Positions 1 through 13,554 of a stretch of DNA of 64,000 bases are shown piece after piece. A program made the position numbers and the translations under genes. The notes beneath the pieces were generated by a model, which saw only the letters and a program-made list of their open reading frames with translations, searched no databases and was not told where the DNA came from. Source of the stretch: Anaeramoeba ignava BMAN (lineage: Eukaryota > Protista > Anaeramoebae); contig JAPDFW010000019.1 of NCBI GenBank assembly GCA_028826165.1, positions 1-64,000 on the forward strand, given 5' to 3'. Numbering within the stretch: the stretch's first letter is position 1; each line of letters starts with the position of its first letter.

Positions 1-2145
1 CTCAACTATTTATAACTTTATTTATAACTGTTTATTTGAGGAAAATTTATAATCCATTTATTTAGCTTTGTTACAAGGTTATTTACAATTTCAACTGTTA
101 TTTTAACTTGTTTATAAAGTTATTTTATATTTGTTTATGGCTTTGTTACAACTTTATTTATAACTTTATTTATAACCTTTATTTATAAAATTTATTTTAT
201 AACTTTATTTTATAACTTTTATTTATGGCTTTATTTATAATTTTATTTACAAATTTATTTGCTTTGTTTATGTATTTTACAAATTTATTTATAACTTTAT
301 TTTATAAACTTTATTTATAACTTTTATTAAGAGTTATTTATAATTTATTTACAAATTTTTATTTATAACTTTGTTTATGGCTTTATTTATAAATTATTTT
401 ATCTGTTATTTTATTTAAATTTGTTTATAAGTTTGTTTATAAGGTTATTTATAACTTTATTTATAAATTTGTATTTTTTTGTTTATGGGTTGTTTACATA
501 ACTTTATTTATAACTTTATTTATAAAATTTATTTATAAAATTTATTTGCTCAAATTTATTTATAATTTTATTATAAATTTATTTATAACTTTATTTATAA
601 CTTTATTTACAAAATTTTATAATTTATTTACAAATTTATTTATAACTGTTTAGATTTATGGTTTTTATTTATTTATTTTTTAAATTTTATTTACAAGGTT
701 ATTTTATGGCTTTGTTTATTCGTTTGTTTCATTTATAACTTTATTTATAGGTTGTTTATAAATTTATTTTAAGCTTATTTTATAACTTATTTATAAGGTT
801 ATTTATAACTTTATTTATGGCTTTGTTGCTGGTTTTATAAATTTTATTTATATTTGTTTATTTGTTTTATTTTGTGTTATAGCTTTATTTAAATTAAATT
901 TATAAAGTTTTGTTGCATGTTCCTTATTTATGGCTTTATTTATAACTTTTATTTTATAAATTTTATGAGTTGTTTATAAAGTTTGTTTTGTAACTTTATT
1001 TATAACTTTTATTTATGTCTTTATTTTTAACTTTTATTTATGGTTGATTTTATAACTGTTTTGTTGTTACAATTTTGTTTATAACTTTTGTTTAGCTTTG
1101 TTAACTTTGTTTATCAGGTTTATTTACCAGTTGTTATATTTAAATTTGTTTATAACTTTTGTTTATGGCTTTGTTTATAACTTTGTTTATAAACTTTATA
1201 AATTTTGTTTATGTTTATTTTGTTTTATTGTTTATAACTTGTTTATGAGAATTTATGACAGTAAACTTTATTTTTGTTTATTTCAACTTTATTTTATCAA
1301 GTTTTTGTTTACTGTTTTGTTTATACTTTGTTTATCTATTGTTTATGGGTTTTATTTATACCAGTTTTTTTTGCTCTTTGTTTATGGTTTTATTTTATAC
1401 TTTATTTATTTTCTTTTTGTTTATAAATTTTGTTTACAATGGGTTATTTTATAACTTTATTTTATAACTTTGTTTTTATTTTTAAGGTTTTTTTATTTTT
1501 TGTTTATTTAGGTTGTTTTATGGCTGTTTATGGTTGTTGTTATAACTTTGTTTATGGCTTTGTTTATGGGTTGTTTGTTAATCTTTTGTTTATCTGTTTT
1601 ATTTATAACTTATATTTTGTTATAGGTTGTCTTTATTTATAAGTTGTGTTTATGGCTTTATTTATGGCTTTATTTATAGTTGTTTATAGCTTTATTTATA
1701 ACTTTATTTTTAATTTTGTTTATTTTAAATTATGCCCATGATTTTATTTATAGGTTATTTATAACTTGTTTATAAGCTTTATTTATAGGTTATTTATAAC
1801 TTGTTTGCTTTATTTAGCTTTTTACAGTTTTATTTATAACCTTTGTTATAAATTTATTTTATGAATCATTTGATTTATAACTTATTTACAACTTTTGTTT
1901 ATATTTATTTATAACTTTATTTGCACAAGCTTTATTTATAACTTTGTTGTTCTTTGTTTATAACTTTCATTTATAAGTTATTTATAACTTTATTTATATT
2001 TATAACTTTTATTTATAAATTTATTTATAATTTATTTTTAAATTTTTTTATTTAACTTTATTTATAAATTTATTTTTATAACTTTATTTATAAATTTATT
2101 TACAACTTTTTACAAGTTTATATTTTAATTTGTTTATAAATTTAA
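1..2145. repeat. Degenerate AT-rich minisatellite (approximately TTTATTTATAAC/AAAT units), probably the body of a repeat-filled intron of a gene starting left of the window
   Basis: Continuous short-unit repeats ending in an A-rich acceptor-like aaaacaaaaag at 2154; the sequence is noisy. Confidence 0.7.
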
Positions 2146-2154
2146 AACAAAAAG

Positions 2155-2248
2155 TTGGTTCAATGATAAAGTAGGTTGATGATTTAGAAAATTAATTGAT
2201 GAAATTGAAAAACAACAAAAGAACAACAAAAATAATTTACAAAATTAA
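2155..2248 (+). CDS. Probable terminal exon of an upstream gene (approximately WFNDKV.DDLEKLIDEIEKQQ.EQQNNLQN*), with indels
   Basis: Follows the AG at 2154, has codon-like composition and ends at TAA 2246-2248; a continuous frame needs indels in homopolymers. Confidence 0.35.
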
Positions 2249-2364
2249 AAATTTGAAATCATTTTTCATTTTTCATTTTTCATTTTTAAAAATAAATAAT
2301 TTTGAAAAAAAAAAACAAAACACATAAATTTTTATAATTTAATTTATAAATAAATAAATAAATA

Positions 2365-5243
2365 ATGATTGGATTTGATTATGAAATTGAAAATTATTTA
2401 AAATTATAAAAATTATCATTATAAAAATAATAAAAAATCAAAATCAAAAATTAAAACAAAATATCCTTTTCCAAAATTGCAAAAAAATCAATTTAATCAA
2501 AATCAAAATCAAAATGAAAAATTTATTTCTTCTTCATTAAATTTAATTCCAATATCAAAAGAACTTCTTAATTCAACTCATCTTCCATTTGGAATATCTA
2601 TTCAACCTTTTGCACAATTTAATCAAAATCAAATTCAAAATCAAAATCAAAATCAAAATCAAAATAAAATTCCAGTTATTGATTTTTCTGAAAATGAACC
2701 AATAATTTGTAGAAGATGTGGAGGATATTTATCACCATTTTCAAAAATTAATGAATTTGAAAATAATTGGGAATGTTCTTTATGCAAAACATTAAATTCA
2801 ATACCTTCTTATTATTTTTCAATTTTAAATCAAAATATTCATCAAATAACTTCAAATCAATTAATTGAAATTATTATTAATTCAAATCAAAATATAAATG
2901 AATTCAAATATTTATTTATTATTGAAAAAACTCAAAAAATGATTGAATCAAATATTTTCAATTTAATTATTTCATCTATTTTAAAAATTATTGAAAATCA
3001 AAATCAAAATCAAAATCAAAATCAATTTAATCAAAATCAATTTAATCAAAATCAAAATCAAAATGATCTGTTTCCAAAAAAACCAAAATGTAAAATTGGA
3101 TTAATTACATTTAATAAATCAATTCAAATTTATAATTTCAATCAAAATTCAAGATTTGAAAGTGAAATTATTACAGATATTGATGATATTTTTATTCCAA
3201 TTCCAGAATCATCAATATTTATTGATATTTATGAAAATGAAGATAATAAAAATAAATTAAAAGAATATTTAAATATAATTATATCTTCTTCTTTAAATGA
3301 AAATGAAAATGATAATAATTTTATTGATGATTATGATAAATCAAATCATTCTTCATTTGGAGTTGCTATTGAATTAGGAAGTTTAATTCTTGTAAATTAT
3401 TTTCATTTTTAAAATTATTTTAAAAATTAAAATAAAAAAATTAAATAAAAAAAAAGCAAAAAAGTGGAGGAAAAATTATCACATTTAATTCAACATTACC
3501 AAATTATGGAAAAGGAAAATTTGATTTAAATTTAAATTCAAATTCAAATCAAAAAGAAAAAGAAAAATTTAATTTTGAAATTGAAAATCAACATTATCAA
3601 AAATTGGAAAATTTTGTTTTGAAAATAAAAATAAAATTGATTCATTTATATTTAGAGAAAATAATATTAATCTTTCAACTTTAAGTATTTATTTTCAAAA
3701 ATAATTCAATTTAATAAATAATTTATTTTATTTATTTTATTTATTTTATTTATTTTATTATTAAAAAACAAAAGTAAAAATGAATGAAATAAGTGGAGGA
3801 AATGTTTATTATTATGATTTTTATAATGGAATCAAAAATTTTCAAAAAAAAAAAAAGAAAAAGAAAGAATTGAAAATGAAATTAAAAAATTAATCAATAA
3901 AGAAGAAGGATTTTTTGTAATTATGAGACTTAGAACAAGTCAAGGTATTTTTATTATTTATTAAAATAATTATCTATTTATTAAAATAAATAAACAAACA
4001 AAGGAATCAAAATATCAAATGTTTTATATGGAATGGATGAAGTTATTATGAATCAAAATTCAGAAATATTTTTACCAACAATAGATTGTGATCAATCAAT
4101 AACATTTCTTTTAGAACATGATTCTCGATTAAAAAATCAAACAAATATTTATATTCAATTTGCAATGATTTATTCAAATAATAAACAAAATAATGAAAAA
4201 AGAAAAAGAAGAATAAGAATATTTAATCTTGAATTGAAAACTTCATCAAATTTAAAAGAAATATTTGAAAAAGCAAATCAAGAAGTTATTATTAGTATTT
4301 TATCAAAAAATACAGCAAAAGAAATCAAAAATTATAAAATTGAAGAAATCAAAAAAAGAATAATTAAAAAATGTGAAAAATAATTGGATTTTATCAACAA
4401 TTTTGTTTTAGATCGAAAAAGAAAAGAAAAGAAAAAGAAAAAACAAATCAAAAATTTCAAACTTCAAAAATTAAAATATTTACCAATTTATTGTTTTGGA
4501 TTATTAAAAATCAACTTTTAGATTCGTATCAATTTTAATTTATTTATTTTATTTATTAATTTGTTAATTAATTTATTAATTTATTTAAAAAACAAAAGAG
4601 AAGAAACAGAAGATAAAATAATTTCAATTATTCTTTATATTAAAACTTCACCAATCCATTTAATTTTAAAATTTCTTTATCAATAATTGAATTTCAAAAT
4701 CAAAATCAAAAATCAAAAATCAAAATGAAAATCAAAAATCAAAATCAAAATCAAAATCAAAATGAAAATCAAAATGAAAATCAATTAATGATATTAAATA
4801 ATTTAAGACTTTCAAGTGGAAGTTTAAAACTTAAAGAAGCATTTTTAATTGATAATGGATTAAATACTATTTTATGGATTGGAAAAAGAAATTTCAAATG
4901 ATTTTTAAAAAGAACATTTAAATATTTCATCAAAAATCAATTAATTGTAAAATCAAAAATCAAATTATTTTTAATTTTTGAATTTTTAAAAATTTTTAAT
5001 TTTATAAAAATAAAAAGGAAAATGAAAATGAAAATGAATGGAATATTTCAAAAACAATCCAAAATTTAATTCAAGAAATTAATAAAGAAAAATTCAAAAA
5101 GAAATTTAAATTTCTCAATAATTCCAAGAAATTCAAAAATGAAAAATTATTTTTAAAATTAATGATTGAAGATAGAACAGGAAAAAGCAAATTCATATAT
5201 TAATTTTTGATTCATTATTAGAAAATAAATATTTTTAAATTAA
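2365..5243 (+). CDS. SEC24: Sec24-like COPII coat subunit (multi-exon, several homopolymer frameshifts)
   Basis: LPFGISIQPFA; zinc finger CRRCGGYLSPF...WECSLCKTLN; trunk KIGLITFN...SGGKIITF; beta-barrel MRLRTSQG and IQFAMIYS...RRIRIFNL; gelsolin-like FLIDNG and terminal MIEDRTG. Introns about 3392-3456, 3685-3774, 3945-4003, 4526-4598, 4947-5016. Start and stop approximate. Confidence 0.8.
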
Positions 5244-5252
5244 ATTAATTTT

Positions 5253-6679
5253 TTAAATGAAATAAGTTTCAAGTTCATCAACAACCCATGAATTATAAGA
5301 ACCAGTTAAATAATTTTTAGCTTCATTTGATCTGGGAGTAATTCCATTAGGAATATTATAATAAACACCAGTATTTGAATAACCAGGTTGTAAATTAGAA
5401 AGTAAATAAATATCATTTCCAAATAATAAACCATAATCTGAATGTGAATAAATTGCATTTTGATTCTTGACCTTTTTAATTGAAAGTTTTTCTGGTTTTC
5501 TATCGTTTTTATCATTTCTTAATGAAAAAATAAATGAATTTGAATCATAAATCCATCTTTTATCTTTTTAAATCCAATTGAAGTAAATCCTCCAAAAATA
5601 TAATTATCTTTGGTTTTGATAATAATTAATGTTTTTCCTTTATCATCACATTTGGAATGCCATTTTTTACAATCAAATCCTTCTTTTTTTGTTGAAAATC
5701 TTAATTTCATTTTGAAAAAGAAATTATCATCATTTATCCATTCTTTTATAAGATTGAAATGTTTTCCTTCTTCAATAATTGTTGATTTAAAATGAAATCT
5801 TGTTTTGAAAATGAATGAATTTTGATTTTCTTTTTCAATAAATTCTTTTAATTCTTTTTCATTTTCTTCTTGAAGTTTTTGGAATTGAATTAATTTTTGT
5901 GAAATTTGATTTGAAATTAAATCTTCTTTCAAAGTATTTTCAAGTTCTTTTTTTGTGAAATCAATAAATCTTATTTTATCAATAAGATTGGAAATTTGAT
6001 TTTTGATTTTTTCTTTTTCTTCTTTTTCAAGTTCTTGATTTTCTTGATTAATATTTGATTTATGTTTTCCCCATTTGATTATTGATTGAAAAATTTCAAT
6101 TTCATTTGTTGGAACAAAATCATTTAGTAAAATTGAATTTAAATGATTTTCTTCAAGTTCAAGAAAAAATGAAGTTTTAATAAATTTTTCAAAATTTTCT
6201 AAAATAAATTTATAAGCAAAATCCAATAATTGATTTAAGTTCATTGATTCAGATAATTTAAGAATATCAACAATAGTTTCAAATTGGAAATTGTTTTTGA
6301 TAAAATTTGAAGAAATTTCAATTAATTCATCAATTAAATATTTTGATGAAAAAATTAAAATTTCAATAGCATTTTCTAAATTAATTTCAATTTTTCCTGA
6401 ATAAAAATAATTTAAAATTAAAAATAGAATTGAACTTGAAACATCTTTCAGAATTAATTTATTTTCTTGATATTCTTTCATTTTAGAATTAAAAAGAGAT
6501 TTAAAATAATAACTTCTTGAAGAAAGAATTGATTTATGAGTTTTAAATGAAGTTTTATTTTGTTCACAAATTATTTCAAAATCAAAATAACTTTCTTCTT
6601 CTTTTTCATTTTTATTTTGATTTTGAAATAAATTTTTTAAATCATTTGAAAGTTTTTCTAAATTTGAATAAGTTTCCAT
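5253..6679 (-). CDS. BTB/POZ-BACK-TLDc protein, copy 1 (one-base deletion in an A-run near 5565)
   Basis: BTB DFEIICE...FKTHKSILSSRSYYFKSLF; BACK EIEIFQSIIKWG; TLDc WHSKCDDKGKTLIIIKTKDNYIFGGFTS. After the frameshift the frame continues to WVVDELETYFI* at 5253. Intronless. Confidence 0.88.
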
Positions 6680-6719
6680 TTTATATAAAAATTTGGAAAA
6701 AGAAAAAAATGAAAAATGA

Positions 6720-7400
6720 AAATTTATTTACAAATTTATTTACAAATTTATTTATAAATTTATTTATAAATTTATTTATTTAAATTTATTTTATTTATTA
6801 AAATTTATTTATAAATTTATTTTAAAAATTTATTTATAAATTTATTTTTAAAATTTATAAATTTATTTTAAAAATTGAAATAAAAATTAATTGAAAAAGT
6901 GGAATAAAATTGAATAAATTTATTTATAAAATTATTTATAAAATTATTTACAAATTTATTTATAAATTTATTTATAAATTTATTTTACAAATTTATTTAT
7001 AAAATTATTTACAAAAAATTTACAAATTTATTTACAAAATTTATTTATAAATTTATTTACAAAATTATTTTAAAAATTAAAATAAAATTAATTGAAAAAG
7101 TGGAATAAAAATTGGAATAAATTTATTTACAAAATTATTTATTTTAAATTTATTTATAAATTTATTTACAAATTTATTTTAAATTTATTTATAAATTTAT
7201 TTTATAAATTTACAAATTTATTTATAAATTTATTTATAAAAATATTTATAAATTTATTTACAAATTCTTACAAATTTATTTACAAATTTATTTACAAATT
7301 TATTTACAAATTTATTTATAAAATTATTTACAAATTTATTTTAAAAATTGAAATAAAAATTAATTGAAAAAGTGGAATAAAAATTGGAATAAAAATTGTG
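6720..7400. repeat. (AAATTTATTTAY)n minisatellite interrupted by three copies of a block containing AAAAAGTGGAATAAAA
   Basis: Blocks near 6895, 7095 and 7368, between divergent genes. Confidence 0.75.
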
Positions 7401-7617
7401 AATTAAATTTTTATTTTAAAAAAAAACTATCATTAAAAATATATATTTTTAAATAGAAATTAAATTAAAATTAAAATTAAAATTAGAAATTGATTAAAAA
7501 TTTTTCCTAATTAAATTTTAATTAAAATAAAAGGGAAAAAAAAATTTAAATTAAAATTTTTTCATTTTTTTTTCTTTTCATTTTTATTTTTATCCCTTTT
7601 TATTTAAAAGATCTATA

Positions 7618-10600
7618 ATGAAAAATAATTTTAATTTTAATTATAATGAAATTGAAAATGAAGAAAGTAATGAAAGCAATAATACAGAACCAATTAATGT
7701 TTGTTTTATTTTATTTTTTGAGTAAATTTCAATTAAAAACTAAAAAATTAAAAAAAAATAGAAAACAATTATAAAAACAGATTTACAAGAAAATTCAATT
7801 AGAACTTTTTCAGAACCAATTTTAAATTCTATAAAAAAATCAATTCTAAAAAAATCAAAAGAAGAAAATAATAACATTATTATTTCAAAAATTATAAATG
7901 AATTATTTAAAAATCAAAATGAAATTGAATTAAAATTTAAAAAGAATGAATTATTTACTTCATTTTTGTAAGTTTTCTTTTTTTAAATTTATTTTAAAAT
8001 TAATTTATTTTTTAATTATTTTTTTTTTAGAAATCAAAATCAAAACGAAAATGAAAATCAAAATGAAAATGAAGAATTTGAAATTAATTCATTTGTTAAA
8101 AACTTTTTTAGTCCAAATTCTATTTTTAAAATTATCAATTTAATTTCTTCAAAAGGATTTAATTTAATTCAAAATTTATTTTTTTCAGAAATGAATGAAA
8201 AAATTTCAATTCAAAAAGAAAAAGAAAAAGAAATAATTTTAAATAGATTTATTCAATTTATTCAAGATCCAATTCAAAAATTAAAAAAAATTCAATTAAA
8301 TCAAAATCAAAATGAAATTGAATTTGAAATTGAAAATGAAATTGAAAATGAATTTGAAAACGAATTTGAAAATGAAAATGAAAATGAAAAATTAATTGTT
8401 TTTGTTTTAATCAAATTTATAATTCCAATTTGTGTAAATGATATGATTTTTTTGGAAATTATAAAAGAAGAAAATGATAAATATCTTGAATTTATAATAC
8501 AAAATATAGATAAATTAGATTATTCAAGAAAAATTCATATTCAAACAATTCAATTACTTTCTTATATTCTTAATTTTATTTATTCAAATTTTCAAGATGA
8601 ATTAATTTTAAATTTGATTAATTTATTCAAAGAAAAATTAAAAAAATTTCCAGAAGAAATAAGAAAAGAAAATATTATTTTGAAAAAAGAAAATATTATT
8701 TTGAAACAAGAAAATAATATTTTAAAACAAGAAACTTATATTTTAAATGTTAATTCTAATTTTTGTAAACTATTTAAATGCTTAAAAAGTTTAAAAGTTT
8801 CAGAAGTTATCGAAAAATTTAATGAAAAATATTTAATAAAAAATCAAGAATATGGAATATTTTATCAACCAAAAAAAATGAAAAAAGAAGGAAAGAATTA
8901 TAAATTTTTAAAAAATGAAGAATATATTAAAGAATATAAAGAAAATTTATTGGAAATTCGAAAAAAACCCAAAAACAAAATTGATTTAATTTTACCACAA
9001 AATCCAAATGATTTAACACCAAGATGGAAATCAGTTTCAATTTATCAAAAAATAAAAGATTTAATAATAGATACTTGCAAAGAATTATCATTTCCAAATT
9101 ATGATGATTATGGATTAAAATTAGAAAATCCAATTAATTTATCCAAACAAATATCAATATCAAAATCTATATCAATATCAACATCATTATCATTATCCAA
9201 ATCAAGTTTAATTTCAAATTCAATTTCAATTCCAAATTTAAATTCAATTTCAAATTCAAAAAATTTTAATGAATATTTAGAAAAAGATCCAAATCAATAT
9301 TCATTTATTCCAATAAACAAAGAAACTAATTTTCAAACTATTAAATCCAAAAAACATTTTGGAGTTTGGATGGATACAAATGATGAACAATATTTATATG
9401 ATTATATTTATCAATATTATGTAATTTAAATTTAAATTTAAAAATAAAAAATTAAAAAATTAAAAATCAAAAATTAAAAAATAGGTTGATGGATATTTAT
9501 TTATTAGTTTACAACCTAAACCAGCACCAATAACAATAATTTATCCAACTTATGATTTAAAAACAAATCAAAAAATATCAGAAAAAGAAGTGAATATTAT
9601 TGTTGATTTTACAATCAAAGTGAAAACTCTTATTCAAGAATTTTGTAGAAATTATGAATTAAAATGCAAAAAAGAAACAGAATATGCATTATATTTAATA
9701 CATTTTAAGAAAAGTATTCATCATATAAAAAGAATATCATTATTTTATCGAGAAGAATTAGAAAAAAAAGAAGAAGAAATAATAATTGAAGATGAAGATG
9801 ATGAATTTAAAAGTGAAGATTTTATTTCTGAAATTGAAGATTTTGTAATTTATGAAGAAGATAATCAAGAAAATGAAAAAAATAAAAATCAAGAAAATGA
9901 AAAAATATATGGAGAAATTACTGAATTAAGTTTATTAGATGAAGAATTAACACTTGCAATTCAAGGAGTTAAATTGGGAACTGTTTTAAAATTACTTCCA
10001 ATTCATAAATCAATTATAGATCCAAATCAATTAAAAAACAAGAATGAAAAAAGAATAGAAATAAATGATAATCCAAATGAAACAAAAATGAAAGAAAAAA
10101 GTAAAAAGAATCCAAAAAAAAATTATTTATTAATTTAATTTATTATTTGTTTTTGAAAAGTTAATGACGAATTAGGATTTTGGGAAGAAATTGGAAATAA
10201 TATTGAAAATATCATTTGGGAAGCAGAAACAAAAGGAAAATATTTATTTGAGAAAATTAGAGGAGCAAGTTTAAATAAATCTATTGAACTTTTAACATCT
10301 AAAAAAGGATTTGCATCAACATTTGTTGATATTTTTTTAGAACTTCTTCCAACAATTACAAATGAAGTTTTATTTATTCAAAAATTATTTGAAAGATATA
10401 ATATTCCAATAGAATTAAAAAAAGAAAATGAAGAAAATATTATTCAAGAAAAAGTTATGGAAGTAATTTGTTATAAGATTGAAATGAATCCTTATCATGT
10501 TTTAAAAGAAGTTAAATCGATGATAAATCATTTTATAAATGAAATTGTTGATAAAAATCAAAATGATAAAATTATAATGAAAGGAAGAAAAATTAAAGAT

Positions 10601-11497
10601 TTATTAGAACATAAAGAAAAAACAAGAAAAAAAACAGTATGGATGACTTATGATAATGATAATGATAATGATAATGATAATGATAAAATAATAAGAAGAA
10701 GAATGAGCAATGAAGAATTTAAATTAGCACCAAAACCTCAAATACCCAAAAATATTGATCCAATGAAAATTCAATTAATGAAAATTAAAGATATTGAAAT
10801 TGCAAGACAAATAACACTTCATACACATAATTTATTCACTAAAATTAAAACACAAGAATTACTTAATCATTCTTGGACAAAGAAAAATAAAAAAGAACTT
10901 AGTCCAAATATTACTTCATTAATTAGAAGATTTAATTATATTTCTGATTGGGTTTCTAGTCAAATTTTAAAAGAAAAGAAAATGAATAAAAGAGTAAAAA
11001 TTATGAAGAAAATGATTCAAATTATTGAAGAGTTATTTTTGATTCGAAATTACAATGATGTAATGTGTTTTGTAGCAGGAATTCAAAATTCATCAATTTC
11101 AAGATTAACAAAAACATGGAAGAAAATACCAAAAAAGATTCGAGAAAGATATGAATATTTCAATTCAATAACAAGTGCATTAGGAGGATTTAAAGAAATG
11201 AGAAATTTAGTTGATTCAGCTGAATTACCAACAATTCCATATCTTGGAGTTTATTTATCAGATTTAACTAATATTGATGAAGTTCCAAATCGAATTGAAA
11301 ATAATTTAATTAATTGGGCTAAAAGAAGAAGAATGTTTGATGTTATTAAGAAAATTAAAAAATTTCAATCAAAAGAATATAATTTTATGTTAATAAGTGA
11401 AATTAAACAATTTTTTGAAAGAGAACCTGTTTTAAATGAAGATCAAATGTGGGAATTATCTTTACAAATTGAAGCTTATCAAGAAGGTCAATTTTAA
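7618..11497 (+). CDS. RasGEF (REM + CDC25 domain) with N-terminal ubiquitin-like/talin-head-like modules; 5 exons
   Basis: Exons 7618-7698, 7762-7967, 8031-9420, 9485-10100, 10161-11497 splice in frame. REM IRGASLNKSIELLT; CDC25 EIARQITL, SPNITSLIRRFNYISDWV, PTIPYLGVYLSDLTNIDE, LINWAKRR. Confidence 0.9.
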
Positions 11498-11878
11498 TTT
11501 TTCTTTTTTATTTTAAATTATTTGAATTATTAAAAAATTAAAAACAACAAATATATTTTATTTTTAATTAAATTATTTTATAATATTTAATTTTATAATT
11601 TAATTTTTCAAAATTATTAAATCGGATAAAAATTTTTTATTAATATTTTTAAATTAAATAATAAAATAATTAATTATTAAATTAGATTATTTTTAATTAA
11701 ATTATTTTAAATTTATTCTATTATTTAATTTAATTATTTATGATTTAATTTTATTATTAATTTTATATTAAAAAAAAATTAAATAAAAAAAATTTTAAAA
11801 AAATTATTTAAATAAGTAAATTTGTTAAAAAAAAAAATAAGAAAAAAAAAATTTTTAATTTAAAATTTTTAATTAAAA

Positions 11879-11952
11879 GGGTGGCTGGCGCAATTGGATA
11901 ACGCGTTAGACTACGGATCTAAAGATTCCAGGTTCAAGTCCTGGGTCACTCG
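11879..11952 (+). tRNA. trnR-ACG: tRNA-Arg (anticodon ACG)
   Basis: Acceptor GGGTGGC/GTCACTC; D arm GCGCAATTGGATAACGC; anticodon arm TTAGA-CTACGGA-TCTAA; T arm CCAGG-TTCAAGT-CCTGG; followed by a poly-T run. Confidence 0.96.
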
Positions 11953-11956
11953 TTAA

Positions 11957-11966
11957 TTTTTTTTTA
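11957..11966 (+). terminator. RNA polymerase III poly-T terminator of tRNA-Arg
   Basis: T-run starting 5 nt after the discriminator base. Confidence 0.7.
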
Positions 11967-11984
11967 TTTAAATTTTTTTTTTTT

Positions 11985-13510
11985 TAATAAATGGAAAGTT
12001 AATAAAATATATAAAATAAAATTATTTTTTAATTTAATTATTTAATATTTTTGATTTTATTTTTGAAATAAATTAATTAAAATATTTTAATAATTATATT
12101 TAATTATTTAGAATAATTTTATATTATTTTGAATAAATGAAATGTTAATAAAATATATAAAATAAAATTAATTCTTAATTTAATTATTTAATATTCTTAA
12201 TTTCATTTTTGAAATAAATTAATTAAAATATTTTAATAATTTTATTTAATTATTTAGAATAATTTTATATTATTTTGAATAAAGAAAAGTTAATAAATTA
12301 TATAAAATAAAATTAATTCTTAATTTAATTATTTAATATTCTTAATTTTATTTTTAAAATAAATTAATTAAAATATTTTAATAAATTTATTTAATTTTTA
12401 GAATAATTTTATATCATTTTGAATAAAAGAAATATTAATAAAATATATAAAATAAAATTAATTCTTAATTTAATTATTTAATATTCTTAATTTCATTTTT
12501 TGAAATAAATTAATTAAAATATTTTAATAATTTTATTTAATTTTTAGAATAATTTTATATTATTTTAAATAAATGAAAAGTTAATAAAATATATAAAATA
12601 AAAATTAATTTTTAATTTAATTATTTAATATTCTTAATTTTATTTTTGAAATAAATTAATTAAAATATTTTAATAAATTTATTTAATCATTTAGAATAAT
12701 TTTATATTATTTTAAATAAAGAAATATTAATAAAATATATAAAATAAAATTAATTCTTAATTTAATTATTTAATATTCTTAATTTTATTTTTGAAATAAA
12801 TTAATTAAAATATTTTAATAAATTTATTTAATTTTTAGAATAATTTTATATTATTTTAAATAAAGAAAAGTTAATAAAATATATAAAATAAAATTATTTT
12901 TAATTTAATTATTTAATATTTTTGATTTTATTTTTGAAATAAATTAGTTAAAATATTTTAATAAATTTATTTAATTTTTAGAATAATTTTATATTATTTT
13001 AAATAAAGAAAAGTTAATAAAATATATAAAATAAAATTAATTTTTAATTTAATTATTTAATATTTTTGATTTTATTTTTGAAATAAATTAATTAAAATAT
13101 TTTAATAATTTTATTTAATTTTTAGAATAATTTTATATTATTTTAAATAAAGAAAAGTTAATAAAATATATAAAATAAAATTAGTTCTTAATTTAATTAT
13201 TTAATATTCTTGATTTTATTTTTGAAATAAATTAATTAAAATATTTTAATAATTTTATTTAATTATTTAGAATAATTTTATATCATTTTGAATAAAGAAA
13301 TATTAATAAAATATAAAATAAAATTAATTCTTAATTTAATTATTTAATATTCTTAATTTTATTTTTGAAATAAATTAATTAAAATATTTTAATAATTTTA
13401 TTTAATTATTTAGAATAATTTTATATTATTTTAAATAAATAGAATGTTAATAAAATATATAAAATAGAATTAGTTCTTAATTTAATTATTTAATATTCTT
13501 GATTTCATTT
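11985..13510. repeat. ~145-bp tandem satellite, about 10.5 copies
   Basis: Anchor ttaataaaatatataaaata recurs near 11999, 12145, 12290, 12435, 12581, 12726, 12871, 13014, 13158, 13302, 13447. Confidence 0.92.
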
Positions 13511-13554
13511 TTTATTTTTTTTTCATTTTTTTCTTTTCCAAATTTTTAAATAAA

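Noticed and set aside
1098-1642. Hydrophobic ORFs of 70-118 aa
   Set aside because: Translations of T-rich repeat with no domain signal
4381-4383. Stop-codon reassignment (TAA read as Gln)
   Set aside because: In-frame stops are explained by introns or indels, long ORFs use CAA for Gln, and TAA/TGA end genes at the expected C-termini
11985-13510. CRISPR-like array
   Set aside because: Whole units repeat with no unique spacers, there are no cas genes, and the context is eukaryotic
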